From positions 96,347-160,346 of the IMG/VR virus record IMGVR_UViG_3300025141_016157: a DNA stretch of 64,000 nt; one strand, 5' to 3'. Under the pieces are notes generated by a model. That model saw only the letters and a list, made by a program, of their open reading frames with translations, did not search any database and was not told the origin of the DNA. The stretch comes from a virus. The position numbers and the translations under genes were made by a program. Below are positions 1 to 9,731 of this stretch, piece after piece (within the stretch, counting starts at the first letter, position 1; each line of letters begins with the position of its first letter).

Positions 1-1
1 G

Positions 2-841
2 ACAGGCCTAGCACAGATAGATAAAAAAGATATTTTAAACGGCGGTCTTGGTCGAGGGGAAATTGGTGTCATTACAGCACCAACCGGAGTGGGAAAATCA
101 CACTTTCTTGTTCACGTCGGATGTGAGGCGCTAAAGGTTGGGAAAAATGTAATACATTACACATTTGAATTATCTGAAAGAGCTGTTGGGATAAGATATG
201 ACTCAAATCTTTGTAATATTCCCAGTAATGATATTGTTGAAAGAAAGGATGAGGTTATAAAGAACTACAAAGATAGTGATTTAGGCAGGCTAATCATTAA
301 AGAATATCCAACGGGATCTGCAACCGTTATGACAATTAGAAATCATATTGAAAAGCTTCTATTGAAAGGTTTTGTACCAAGCCTGATAGTCATTGATTAC
401 GCAGACATTATGAGATCATCAAGGTCTTATGACTCTTTGCGACACGAGTTAAAACTAGTATATGAAGAATTGAGAAATCTTGCAATGGATATGAACCTTC
501 CAGTATGGACTGCTTCTCAGGCAAACAGAGAGGCATCAAATGCATCCGTTGTCGGTCTAGAGAATATGTCAGAAGCATATGGAAAAGCAATGGTTGCAGA
601 TGTTGTTCTTTCAATATCAAGAAAGCCAATGGAAAAAGCAACAGGCGAAGGAAGGCTTTTCATAGCAAAGAACAGGGCAGGAAGAGATGGAATACTATTT
701 CCAATTTATCTCGACACGTCAATGTCAAAGCTTAGAATTGTTCAAGATTCTTCTGAGATGTCACTTTCTGATGTAGTAAAGTCAGATGAGTCAGATATGA
801 AGAATCTTTTAAAGAAAAAATGGAGACAGGTCAATTCTTAG
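2..841 (+). CDS. dnaB: Replicative SF4 DNA helicase (DnaB/T4 gp41-like), 5'-truncated by window
   Basis: Frame is open upstream of the track start and reads ...GGLGRGEIGVITAPTGVGKS (Walker A). Also FELSE, VIDYADIM (Walker B), TASQANR and KNRAG. Confidence 0.9.
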   Translation, partial: TGLAQIDKKDILNGGLGRGEIGVITAPTGVGKSHFLVHVGCEALKVGKNVIHYTFELSERAVGIRYDSNLCNIPSNDIVERKDEVIKNYKDSDLGRLIIKEYPTGSATVMTIRNHIEKLLLKGFVPSLIVIDYADIMRSSRSYDSLRHELKLVYEELRNLAMDMNLPVWTASQANREASNASVVGLENMSEAYGKAMVADVVLSISRKPMEKATGEGRLFIAKNRAGRDGILFPIYLDTSMSKLRIVQDSSEMSLSDVVKSDESDMKNLLKKKWRQVNS

Positions 842-870
842 GTGTAATATTGACTTAAAGGAAAAAATCA

Positions 871-3387
871 ATGTTTACTTATGACAACGTATATGAATCA
901 AGTCTAAAATATTTCAAGGGAGATTCTCTGGCTTCAAATGTTTTTTTAACGAAATATGCTTTAACTGGCAGAGATGGTGATATTCTTGAAGAATGTCCAG
1001 AAGATATGCACAAAAGACTTGCAAAAGAGTTTGCTAGAGTAGAGAAAAAATACCCCAATCCTGTATCAGAAAGAGAAATTTTCTCCCTTTTGAAAGATTT
1101 CAAGTATATAATACCGCAGGGTTCACCTATGGCTGGTATTGGAAATAATAATCAGATACAGTCAATATCAAACTGCTTTGTTGTCGAATCACCTCACGAT
1201 TCTTATGGTGGAATTCTTAAGACAGACCAAGAGCTAGTTCAGATTGCCAAACGGCGAGGAGGTGTAGGTTTTGACATATCCAATATTAGACCAAAGGGTA
1301 TGACAACTGGGAATGCAGCAAGGACAACAGACGGAATTGAAGTTTTCATGGATAGATTTAGCAATTCATGTCGTGAAGTAGCCCAGGGAGGCAGACGCGG
1401 TGCATTAATGCTAACCATATCAGTCCACCATCCGCAGATAAAAGATTTTATAAAGATTAAAAGAGATCTATCAAGAGTTACAGGTGCAAATATATCAGTA
1501 AGAGTAACAGATGAGTTTATGAATGCTGTAAAAGAAAATGGTGAAGTTGGGCTTAGATGGCCTGTTGACTCCTCATCACCAAAAGTTACAAAGATCGAAC
1601 AAGCTTCAGAAATATGGCACCTCTTAATTGAGTCAGCACATTCATCAGCAGAGCCTGGAATATTATTTTGGGATACTGCTAAGTCAATGACACCTTCTGA
1701 CATATACGAAAGTGAAGGCTTTGGATCTGTGTCAACAAACCCATGCGGTGAAATTATATTGTCGCCGTATGATTCATGCAGGCTTATGCTTGTAAACTTG
1801 ACTTCTTTTGTAAGAGACCCGTGGTCAGATAATGCTGAGTTTAACTTTGGCGATTTTGCATCAAAAGTTCAAAAAGCTCAGCGGTTAATGGATGACATGA
1901 TCGATCTTGAAGTAGAGCAAGTAGACAAGATTATTCAAAAAATAGAGAATGATACTCAGCCTGAAAGTGTAAAAAAGATTGAGAAAGATCTATGGGAAAA
2001 TATCAAGCTTCAAGCTGTCAATGGCAGAAGAACCGGTCTCGGGATAACTGGTCTGGGTGATACACTTGCAATGTTATCCATACGATACGGATCAAAGGAA
2101 TCTATCAGAATAACAGAAGAAATATATAAGTGGCTTGCAATTAATTCTTACGAGTCATCTATTATCCTTGCAAAAGAAAGAGGGTCATTCCCAGCGTGGG
2201 ATTCAGAAAAAGAAAAAGATCATCCGTTTATTTCAAGAATTGTAAGTGAGCTTCTACCCCACAGACAAGAAGATTATGAAAAATATGGTAGAAGAAATAT
2301 TGCAAATACTACAACAGCTCCTGCTGGGTCAGTATCAGTCCTTACACAGACAACATCTGGCATTGAGCCGGCATTTATGCTTCACTATACACGACGTAAA
2401 AAGCTGACAGGTCAAGATTCAAGCGGAAGAGTAGATTTTGTAGATGATAGCGGTGATGAATGGCAAGAATATACTGTGTATCATCATGGGTTTAAAAGAT
2501 GGATGAAGCACATGTCCGAATCGGATCCTGATATCTTTATGGGTCTTTCAGATGATGAGATGGTATCAATGAGTCCATACACAAGGGCAACTGCTAGTGA
2601 GATTGACTGGATCTCGAAAGTAAAAATGCAGGCCGCTGCTCAAAAGTGGGTATGTCATGCAATATCAAATACAACAAATCTACCCTCTGATGTTGATGTT
2701 GAAACTGTAAAGAAAGTTTATATGACAGGCTGGGAGCTTGGCTGCAAAGGAGTAACAGTATATCGCGATGGAAGTAGAGCTGGAGTTCTTGTATCTAGTG
2801 ATAAAACATCGAAAAAGAAAGACCTATCCTTTAAAAGCAATCGTGCACCAAAGCGCCCAGAGATCCTGTCTTGTGAAATACATCAAGCTTCTGTTTCAGG
2901 AGAGCCGTGGACTATAATAGTAGGATTGATGCAAGGAAGGCCATACGAGATATTTGGGGGAAAATCTGAATATGTTGAAATACCGAGAAAATATAAATCT
3001 GGATTTTTAACAAAAAAATCTAGAAAGACTATGAATTCAAAATATAATCTAAGCTTCGGCGAAGAAGGCGAAGAAATAATTGTAAGAGATATTGCAACTG
3101 TATTCGACAACCCAAATTATTCAGCATTTACAAGAACATTATCACTAGCATTACGACACGGAGCTCCTGTTAACTATGTCTGTGAGCAACTTCAAAAAGA
3201 TAGGGATGCAGATTTATTTAGTTTTTCAAAAGTAATAGCAAGATGTCTTAAAAAGTACATAGCAGATGGAACAAAGCCTGGAAACGGAACAATAGATTGT
3301 AACTGTGATAATGCAGAAGAGTGCGAAGTAGTATATCAAGAGGGATGTGCTACATGCCTTACATGTGGTTTTGCGAAATGCGGATAA
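871..3387 (+). CDS. nrdJ: Class II (adenosylcobalamin-dependent) ribonucleotide reductase
   Basis: SNCFV, GGVG, TNPCGEI, TTAPAGS, KGVTVYRDGSR; C-terminal TSCPD-like region and Cys-rich end (EGCATCLTCGFAKCG); no beta subunit nearby. Confidence 0.88.
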   Translation: MFTYDNVYESSLKYFKGDSLASNVFLTKYALTGRDGDILEECPEDMHKRLAKEFARVEKKYPNPVSEREIFSLLKDFKYIIPQGSPMAGIGNNNQIQSISNCFVVESPHDSYGGILKTDQELVQIAKRRGGVGFDISNIRPKGMTTGNAARTTDGIEVFMDRFSNSCREVAQGGRRGALMLTISVHHPQIKDFIKIKRDLSRVTGANISVRVTDEFMNAVKENGEVGLRWPVDSSSPKVTKIEQASEIWHLLIESAHSSAEPGILFWDTAKSMTPSDIYESEGFGSVSTNPCGEIILSPYDSCRLMLVNLTSFVRDPWSDNAEFNFGDFASKVQKAQRLMDDMIDLEVEQVDKIIQKIENDTQPESVKKIEKDLWENIKLQAVNGRRTGLGITGLGDTLAMLSIRYGSKESIRITEEIYKWLAINSYESSIILAKERGSFPAWDSEKEKDHPFISRIVSELLPHRQEDYEKYGRRNIANTTTAPAGSVSVLTQTTSGIEPAFMLHYTRRKKLTGQDSSGRVDFVDDSGDEWQEYTVYHHGFKRWMKHMSESDPDIFMGLSDDEMVSMSPYTRATASEIDWISKVKMQAAAQKWVCHAISNTTNLPSDVDVETVKKVYMTGWELGCKGVTVYRDGSRAGVLVSSDKTSKKKDLSFKSNRAPKRPEILSCEIHQASVSGEPWTIIVGLMQGRPYEIFGGKSEYVEIPRKYKSGFLTKKSRKTMNSKYNLSFGEEGEEIIVRDIATVFDNPNYSAFTRTLSLALRHGAPVNYVCEQLQKDRDADLFSFSKVIARCLKKYIADGTKPGNGTIDCNCDNAEECEVVYQEGCATCLTCGFAKCG

Positions 3388-3393
3388 TAATTA
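3386..3393 (+). promoter_or_regulatory. AATANTTA motif (putative late promoter)
   Basis: AATAATTA 25 nt upstream of the ClpP-like gene; same motif recurs before many putative late genes. Confidence 0.45.
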
Positions 3394-3418
3394 GTATAAA
3401 CCCAAGAGGAATTTAAAA

Positions 3419-4021
3419 ATGCATTGGAAAAGTACAATATCACCTTTAATAAAAGAAATAGAGCTAAGAAAATCTCCTCAAATAATAAGAGTAAATAAGT
3501 TCGATGAAAAGTCAGCAAAAGAATTTCAAGATCAAGTATCACTTGCGCACAACACAGGGCAAAAGGTAATTCCTGTTATCATCGATTCTTATGGCGGCCA
3601 AGTTTATTCGCTTATGGCAATGATAGCTACAATTAATGCATCTGAAATACCAATTGTAACAATTGTAGAGGGAAAGGCGATGTCTTGCGGTGCAGTCTTA
3701 TTTTCATTTGGTGAACAGGGTCTAAGATTTATGGATCCCGATGCTACTATTATGATTCATGATGTTTCATCTATGGATTTTGGAAAAGTTGAAGAGTTAA
3801 AAGCTAGCGCAGCAGAGGCAGATCGTCTAAATGATAAAATTTATACTATGATGGCTAGGAATTGCGGAAAGAAAGATGACTATTTTTTAAAAATTGTAGA
3901 TAAGAAAAAGCATGCAGACTGGTTTTTAGATTCTAATGAAGCAAAGAAGCATGGAATGGCAAATCAGATAAGAGTTCCAAAGCTTTCAATAAGTGTAGAT
4001 GTGTCAATAGACCTGGAGTAA
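3419..4021 (+). CDS. clpP: ClpP-family serine protease
   Basis: IDSYGG, GKAMSCG (catalytic Ser), MIHD (His), DWFLDSNEAKKHG. Confidence 0.85.
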   Translation: MHWKSTISPLIKEIELRKSPQIIRVNKFDEKSAKEFQDQVSLAHNTGQKVIPVIIDSYGGQVYSLMAMIATINASEIPIVTIVEGKAMSCGAVLFSFGEQGLRFMDPDATIMIHDVSSMDFGKVEELKASAAEADRLNDKIYTMMARNCGKKDDYFLKIVDKKKHADWFLDSNEAKKHGMANQIRVPKLSISVDVSIDLE

Positions 4022-4028
4022 ATATAAA

Positions 4029-4982
4029 ATGGATAAAGATTTTTATAACAAGTCTAGCTCCGATAGTTTAGGCTGGAAGCCTTCTTGGTTTGGATGCGAA
4101 GAATTTGACTTTAATTTAGTAAAAGCGGTCCAAAAATGGCAAAAAGCTCATGGATTAACCGGAGACGGTCTTGTTGGGCCAATGACATATAGAAGGATCT
4201 GGACAGAAAGGGAAGTCAGCATTTCAGACTATGAGCCTAGAAAAAACGATTATACTTCTTATGGCAATCATCACATTGTTCACAATGGGAACTTTATCCC
4301 TATTGAATGGAATAAGGTTGTTCTATGGGATGAAAGAGATGGATTCAAGGCAAGCAAGGGATGCTATACTGATTATTCTGGAAAACCTGATCGTGAACCG
4401 ACAATGTTCGTGAACCATTGGGATGTATGTCTTAGTGCTGAGTCTTGTGCGACAGTTTTGAATAGGCGTGGAATATCTGTCCATTTTCTTATAGACAATG
4501 ATGGAACAATCTTTCAAATGCTAGATACGCAGCACAAGGCGTGGCATGCCGGAATCCCGAGGTATGAAGGTGGCAATACGAAGGGGATTGGGGTAGAGAT
4601 TAGTAACGCGTATTATCCAAAGTACCAGGATTGGTATGTTCGAAAAGGCTTTGGTGAGCGACCACTTCAAGAACATGGCTATGTTCATGGAAAAACCCTG
4701 GACCCATTTTTAGATTTTTATCCTGTCCAGCTTGAAGCTTTAAAAGCGCTATGGAAAGCTATTCATATTGGTATTGGTATTCCGCTTGAGTATCCAAAGA
4801 ATTCCAACGGGCATATCGAAACTAGCATCCACAAAGAATGCGAACGAGGAAAATTTCATGGAATATGTAACCACTACAACTTTATCAAAACGAAAATTGA
4901 TTGTGCTGGTCTTGATCTTCCTACTCTTTTAGATGAAGTAAAGAGAACACCGATGTATTGCCTGGATAAAAATAGTGAATGA
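4029..4982 (+). CDS. N-acetylmuramoyl-L-alanine amidase (Amidase_2) with N-terminal peptidoglycan-binding domain; endolysin candidate
   Basis: AVQKWQKAHGLTGDGLVGPMT (PG_binding_1); VNHWD, SVHFLID, AWHAG, IGVEI, NHY..KIDC Zn ligands. Confidence 0.85.
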   Translation: MDKDFYNKSSSDSLGWKPSWFGCEEFDFNLVKAVQKWQKAHGLTGDGLVGPMTYRRIWTEREVSISDYEPRKNDYTSYGNHHIVHNGNFIPIEWNKVVLWDERDGFKASKGCYTDYSGKPDREPTMFVNHWDVCLSAESCATVLNRRGISVHFLIDNDGTIFQMLDTQHKAWHAGIPRYEGGNTKGIGVEISNAYYPKYQDWYVRKGFGERPLQEHGYVHGKTLDPFLDFYPVQLEALKALWKAIHIGIGIPLEYPKNSNGHIETSIHKECERGKFHGICNHYNFIKTKIDCAGLDLPTLLDEVKRTPMYCLDKNSE

Positions 4983-5842
4983 TAAATAATATGAATCTAT
5001 CACTAGAAAGAATTATAGGGGATACACCGCTAGTAAAGATCTCAGATAAAATATACGGAAAGCTAGAAACATACAGTCCATCTGGATCTGTAAAAGATAG
5101 AATGATTTCATATGTTGTCAAGAAATCAATCGACAGGGGTGAAATATCAGAAAATACTACACTTTGTGATGCAACAAGCGGAAACACTGGGATAGCGCTA
5201 AGCATGATTGCTGCATCGCTTGGTTTAAAATGCGTTATTTTTATGCCATCTAACATGTCTGAAGAAAGAAAGAAAATGATGAAAATCTATGGTGCAAGAA
5301 TTATAGACGCACCTGAAGATGATTTTGAAAGAGCGATTTCAATGAGGGATGAATTCATATCTGCGGGATCTAATATATGGTCACCCATGCAGTTTAGCAA
5401 TCTTGAAAACATAGAATGCCATGAGACAATTACAGGTCCGGAAATTCAAAATCAGATAACAAGTCGAGGCCTAGCATGGTCAGCATTTATTCATGGCTCA
5501 GGGACGGGCGGAACAATTGAAGGAGTTCGTAGATTTTTAAAAAATACACCTACAGAAATACACATGGTTGTTCCAGATGAATCACCGCATGGAATACAAG
5601 GGATCGGTGATGGAAAAGATTTCCTAGCCAATCCAGAAGAAATGGATGGTATCATAGTAATAAAAACAGAAGATGCAATCATGCGAGCAAAAGACTTTGC
5701 AAGAGAAACTGGACTTCTAGTGGGTATCAGTTCTGGAGCTAATATACTTGCATCGGAAAAATATGTAGCTAATAACTCTCCTGATGGGTCAGTTGTTACA
5801 ATTCTATGTGATCGTGGTGAGCGGTATATGTCAATCTATTAA
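4979..5842 (+). CDS. cysK: PLP-dependent cysteine synthase family protein
   Basis: KLE...SGSVKDR (PLP Lys), ATSGNTG, GSGTGGT, HGIQGIG, GISSGAN, CDRGERYMS. Confidence 0.9.
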   Translation: MINNMNLSLERIIGDTPLVKISDKIYGKLETYSPSGSVKDRMISYVVKKSIDRGEISENTTLCDATSGNTGIALSMIAASLGLKCVIFMPSNMSEERKKMMKIYGARIIDAPEDDFERAISMRDEFISAGSNIWSPMQFSNLENIECHETITGPEIQNQITSRGLAWSAFIHGSGTGGTIEGVRRFLKNTPTEIHMVVPDESPHGIQGIGDGKDFLANPEEMDGIIVIKTEDAIMRAKDFARETGLLVGISSGANILASEKYVANNSPDGSVVTILCDRGERYMSIY

Positions 5843-5871
5843 TTGTAAAGATTAATATTTTTTTATATAAT
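5843..5871 (+). promoter_or_regulatory. Class I promoter TTGTAA-N17-TATAAT
   Basis: TTGTAA 5843-5848, TATAAT 5866-5871. Confidence 0.65.
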
Positions 5872-5897
5872 AATAAAAATTACTGTAGTGAGAATAG

Positions 5898-6836
5898 ATG
5901 AAAGATTTCATATTTAAAATTAACAAAGCTAGAATTGACAAAGTAGCTAATGAAATAGCAAGGGTAAATCCCCAGCTATCTGATATAAAAGGATGGGAGG
6001 ATGATTGCTCTGTTGCTTTAAAGATTCAAGCAGCGATTCTTTTATCAAAAAAAGAAGATTTTGCAGATATTGTAGAGAATGAAAAGGGAGCTATTAGTAT
6101 ATCTAAGGTTGTTCCCGTGAGATATTTCAATACAGCCGGTGATCATTGCTATTTTGTAAAATATAAAAGATCTTTTATTCACATACCCAAGACTGGGGGT
6201 CGACATCTAATATACAAATATTTTGTATTTCAAGTTGGTGGCAACCACATGTTTGCAAAAACTAATAGTGAAAACTATGGTCAATATACAGAAGATTTTA
6301 AAAGATGCTTTACGATTGTAAGAAATCCATTTAGCTGGCTTTATAGCTACTGGGCACATATTTCAGAAGGCGGGGATCATACGGGTCATCACGGATGCCG
6401 ACTCATTTCAAATAATAGTACATTTGAAAAATTTATTTTTAATGTCTGCAATCTAGAAAAAGATGAGTACTGGTTTCCCTATAATAGTGGAATGACTTCT
6501 CAGATTTTTGACATTGATGAAAAAATATGTGTAAGCGATATAATATTTTTTGAAAAATATAGTGAAGGCATTATGTCTCTCAATATTGAAGAAAAGTGCG
6601 AGCCTTTCTTGTCATTCGAATGTCAGGAAAAACATAGAAGATTTATTGAATTTAGGCAAAGCTCAGACGAATATAAGAAACACTATACTGATGAAATGAT
6701 TGATGCAGTTAGTAGAAAGTTTAAGTTTGACTTAGATTTCTTAGGGTATGACTTTAACGGATTAGTTCACAAAAAGTCATCAATTCATATTCCCAAGAAA
6801 GTGTTCAAAAGTGAACTATCAAATATTTGGAAATAG
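5898..6836 (+). CDS. Sulfotransferase family 2-like protein
   Basis: FIHIPKTGG (5'-PSB) and IVRNPFSWLYSYW (3'-PB) motifs; C-terminal DLDFLGYDF. Confidence 0.75.
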   Translation: MKDFIFKINKARIDKVANEIARVNPQLSDIKGWEDDCSVALKIQAAILLSKKEDFADIVENEKGAISISKVVPVRYFNTAGDHCYFVKYKRSFIHIPKTGGRHLIYKYFVFQVGGNHMFAKTNSENYGQYTEDFKRCFTIVRNPFSWLYSYWAHISEGGDHTGHHGCRLISNNSTFEKFIFNVCNLEKDEYWFPYNSGMTSQIFDIDEKICVSDIIFFEKYSEGIMSLNIEEKCEPFLSFECQEKHRRFIEFRQSSDEYKKHYTDEMIDAVSRKFKFDLDFLGYDFNGLVHKKSSIHIPKKVFKSELSNIWK

Positions 6837-6924
6837 TATAAAGTGTTGATCCCGCAAAGATCACCTTATAATCTAATTCAAGAGAAGTTGTATATTTATG
6901 ATATATAAATGATGGTGGAGCAGT

Positions 6925-7713
6925 ATGACAAACTATGCTAAGAAAAACGCGTCTTTAATTTTTGAACATATTAGGATCGATGAGGCTGAGGCAGAAGATG
7001 TAGATGTAGTAGGCTTTGAAATCAATGAAACGTTAGATTCTGATATATGGTCTGAAAGTGAAAAGATGAAACCTGAGGTTAGAGAGAAACTTCTTGCTGT
7101 CTCTGAAGACTTTATAGCTGGGCTTCCATTCGATGTTGACGCTGAAGATATTAAACTAACTGGATCTCTTGCGACATATAACTGGTCAAGATTTTCCGAT
7201 GTTGATCTTCATATTGTAGTTGATTTTACTACTGTTGATGATGATGAACAGCTAGTAAAAGATTATTTTAATTCCAAGAAGACTGTGTGGAACTTAAAGC
7301 ATGAAATTTATATACGAGGATATGAAGTTGAAATATACGTTGAAAATATAAATGATAAACACACAGCACAAGGCATGTATTCAATTCTTCACGATGAGTG
7401 GATAAAGAAACCAAAAAGAGAATTTTTTGAGATAGATGAGGAAGAAGTTAGGAAAAAGGCAGCATCAATAATGTCGCAGATAGAGTATATCGAAGAAGTC
7501 TCAAGCGATGAGCCAGCAGAAGCAGAAAAACTAGCAGAAAGAACAAAAGAAAAAATTAGAAAGATGAGACAGGCAGGTCTTGATTCAGAGAAGGGAATCT
7601 ATTCAGTTAAAAATGTTGCTTTTAAAGTCCTAAGAAGAAACGGATATCTTGAGAGGCTAAGTAATATAAAGACTCAGTCATATGACAGGGTAATGTCTCT
7701 AGCAGACCTATAA
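6925..7713 (+). CDS. Pol-beta superfamily nucleotidyltransferase
   Basis: LTGSLATYNWSRFSDVDLHIV (GS-x-DxD), third acidic residue in YEVEIYV. Confidence 0.75.
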   Translation: MTNYAKKNASLIFEHIRIDEAEAEDVDVVGFEINETLDSDIWSESEKMKPEVREKLLAVSEDFIAGLPFDVDAEDIKLTGSLATYNWSRFSDVDLHIVVDFTTVDDDEQLVKDYFNSKKTVWNLKHEIYIRGYEVEIYVENINDKHTAQGMYSILHDEWIKKPKREFFEIDEEEVRKKAASIMSQIEYIEEVSSDEPAEAEKLAERTKEKIRKMRQAGLDSEKGIYSVKNVAFKVLRRNGYLERLSNIKTQSYDRVMSLADL

Positions 7714-7721
7714 TTAGATAC

Positions 7722-8357
7722 ATGATTATTACAGAGAAAAGGATAAGAGAAATTGTTCTCGAAGAAATTATAAGAGAGCAAGAAGAAGTCAATCAAGATT
7801 GTCCAATTCCATTTCTTGCTGCCATATTAGCCTCTGAAGCTCCCAATAGTGAAAGAGAGATGAGTGCCGTATATGATGTTATTATGAAACGAGCAGAAAT
7901 AGGCTTTAAAGAAGTAAATACGGTCGATGGACAATTAAGAGTTCCCAGGCAATTCTCTGGATATACAAGATTTAGACCAGACGATACTGCATTTATTGCA
8001 TACTATAGTGGTACTGCTCCAGATTCTGAATATTCAGTTTCAGCAGATAGAGTAGAAACAGAGAAGCTTATAAGAAGAAATCAATTTAAAAGAGCATGTG
8101 GTGTAATAGTCTCAGATTTTCAAGATCCCGGTAACCCAGATGCACCTACATATGGAGCAACTCATTTTGTAAATCCAAGAGCAGCATCGACAGATAACAA
8201 GTGGTGGGAACTAGATACGTTTAGACCGATTCCGATTAATAATGGATATATAGGTGATCATCTTTTTGGGTGGGACTTGACAACAAGACAGTCAAGAGAA
8301 TCATATTTACAGTTTAGATCTAGCCATCCAGAATTTAGCAGTCTCTATCCGGATTAA
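7722..8357 (+). CDS. SleB-like cell wall hydrolase (Hydrolase_2) with N-terminal tag
   Basis: AAILASEA (catalytic Glu), AVYDVIMKR, RQFS, GATHFVNP, IGDHLF; starts MIITEKRIREIVLEEIIRE. Confidence 0.7.
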   Translation: MIITEKRIREIVLEEIIREQEEVNQDCPIPFLAAILASEAPNSEREMSAVYDVIMKRAEIGFKEVNTVDGQLRVPRQFSGYTRFRPDDTAFIAYYSGTAPDSEYSVSADRVETEKLIRRNQFKRACGVIVSDFQDPGNPDAPTYGATHFVNPRAASTDNKWWELDTFRPIPINNGYIGDHLFGWDLTTRQSRESYLQFRSSHPEFSSLYPD

Positions 8358-8360
8358 GCT

Positions 8361-9020
8361 TTAATCTTCAAATTTTCTCAGCCTGGCAACACCATCTGTC
8401 ACAGTAACATACGTCTGGTGTGTAACCCAGTCGCCTGCATTGATATATGTTTTAATATTCTGATCTTCGTCAACCCATATTAAAGCTTCTGGTATGTGTG
8501 TATGACCCATAATAAACACATCAACTTTGGGATGGTGTCTAAGAATATTTATAATTGATCTTAGCTTGTGCTTCTTAATTTGAATTTCCGTCCACCATGT
8601 TGTAAAGTCAAAGTTAAAAGTGAATTCAAGTATATTTTGAATAACAGATAGAAATTTAACAAATACTCTATTTGCAAGAGCACCCTTGTCGTAAGAATCG
8701 CCGTGTTCAACTCTAAACACTCGGCCTTCATCTTCAAAGTCATACCTTTTAACAAATTCAACACCCATTATTTTTTTACCAACAACTCCCATTAAACCTT
8801 CGTCATGATTTCCAACTACATAGATAATTCTTTTTGCATCACCCATTTTTTCAAGTATCTGAAGACATCTTTCTGTAAAGACAGGTATCTTTATAAAATC
8901 TATAATATCACCAGCGAGAACAAGCTCATCACAATCCTCAGACTCTAAAAATGATAAAAGCTCGAGAGACTTATAGAACCTAGTCCCAATATGTGTATCA
9001 GATATAATAACTCTTTTCAT
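8361..9020 (-). CDS. Calcineurin-like metallophosphoesterase (LpxH-like)
   Basis: SDTHIG, GDIID, GNHD, EHGD, GHTH, NAGDW motifs. Confidence 0.85.
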   Translation of the reverse strand: MKRVIISDTHIGTRFYKSLELLSFLESEDCDELVLAGDIIDFIKIPVFTERCLQILEKMGDAKRIIYVVGNHDEGLMGVVGKKIMGVEFVKRYDFEDEGRVFRVEHGDSYDKGALANRVFVKFLSVIQNILEFTFNFDFTTWWTEIQIKKHKLRSIINILRHHPKVDVFIMGHTHIPEALIWVDEDQNIKTYINAGDWVTHQTYVTVTDGVARLRKFED

Positions 9021-9113
9021 TGAACAGTTTGCTAACCTTATATTAATATTATATACAGAACTACAAGGTGTACTATACTTGTGTTACTGAAGTTTAAAAA
9101 TAAAGGAAAAAAA

Positions 9114-9356
9114 ATGACAGATACAAAAAACACATCAATGGCTTTTAGCGATGAGGTAATTGGACAAATTGCAAAACTAGTCCAACTAGCAATTATTACA
9201 GGGACAGATATTGTTGATAATTTAAGGATGATGCGTGTAACTCTTGATGGAGAAACTGATGTTCTTACACTAACTGAAGAATATCGTGAAATATCAGAGG
9301 CTCAGGTTGAAAAGCTTATGCAAGAAGTAGAGGCACTTCAATCAGAAGAGGTGTAA
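9114..9356 (+). CDS. Hypothetical protein
   Basis: ATG at 9114 after AAGGA Shine-Dalgarno; in line with downstream genes. Confidence 0.7.
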   Translation: MTDTKNTSMAFSDEVIGQIAKLVQLAIITGTDIVDNLRMMRVTLDGETDVLTLTEEYREISEAQVEKLMQEVEALQSEEV

Positions 9357-9359
9357 GCT

Positions 9360-9731
9360 ATGGAAGATAGACTCTTAGAAATATTTAGGAGAAGAGAATC
9401 TTTTATGAAGAGCCTTGGTGATTCTTCCGGAGAATCTATGAACTGGCCACTTGATTTATCAAAAAAAGAAAATCAGCAACATGTCAGGGATATGGCACTA
9501 AGAGGTGTCGAAGAGATGTTTGAAGCACTTCAGCATTTAAAAAACTGGAAACCTCATCGGAAAACAGAAATAACTGAATTTGATAGAGAAGAATTTCTTG
9601 AAGAGATTGTAGATGCATTTAATTATTTTCTATCGATTCTTGTCCTTACAGGATTTGATGATAATGATTTAATTGATGCATACAGAAGAAAAGACAAGAT
9701 TATAAATGAAAGATTGAGGACTGGATATTGA
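9360..9731 (+). CDS. All-alpha dimeric dUTPase/dCTPase (MazG superfamily, T4 gp56-like)
   Basis: EEMFEA..NWKPHR, EEIVDAFNYFLS, C-terminal NERLRTGY. Confidence 0.75.
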   Translation: MEDRLLEIFRRRESFMKSLGDSSGESMNWPLDLSKKENQQHVRDMALRGVEEMFEALQHLKNWKPHRKTEITEFDREEFLEEIVDAFNYFLSILVLTGFDDNDLIDAYRRKDKIINERLRTGY

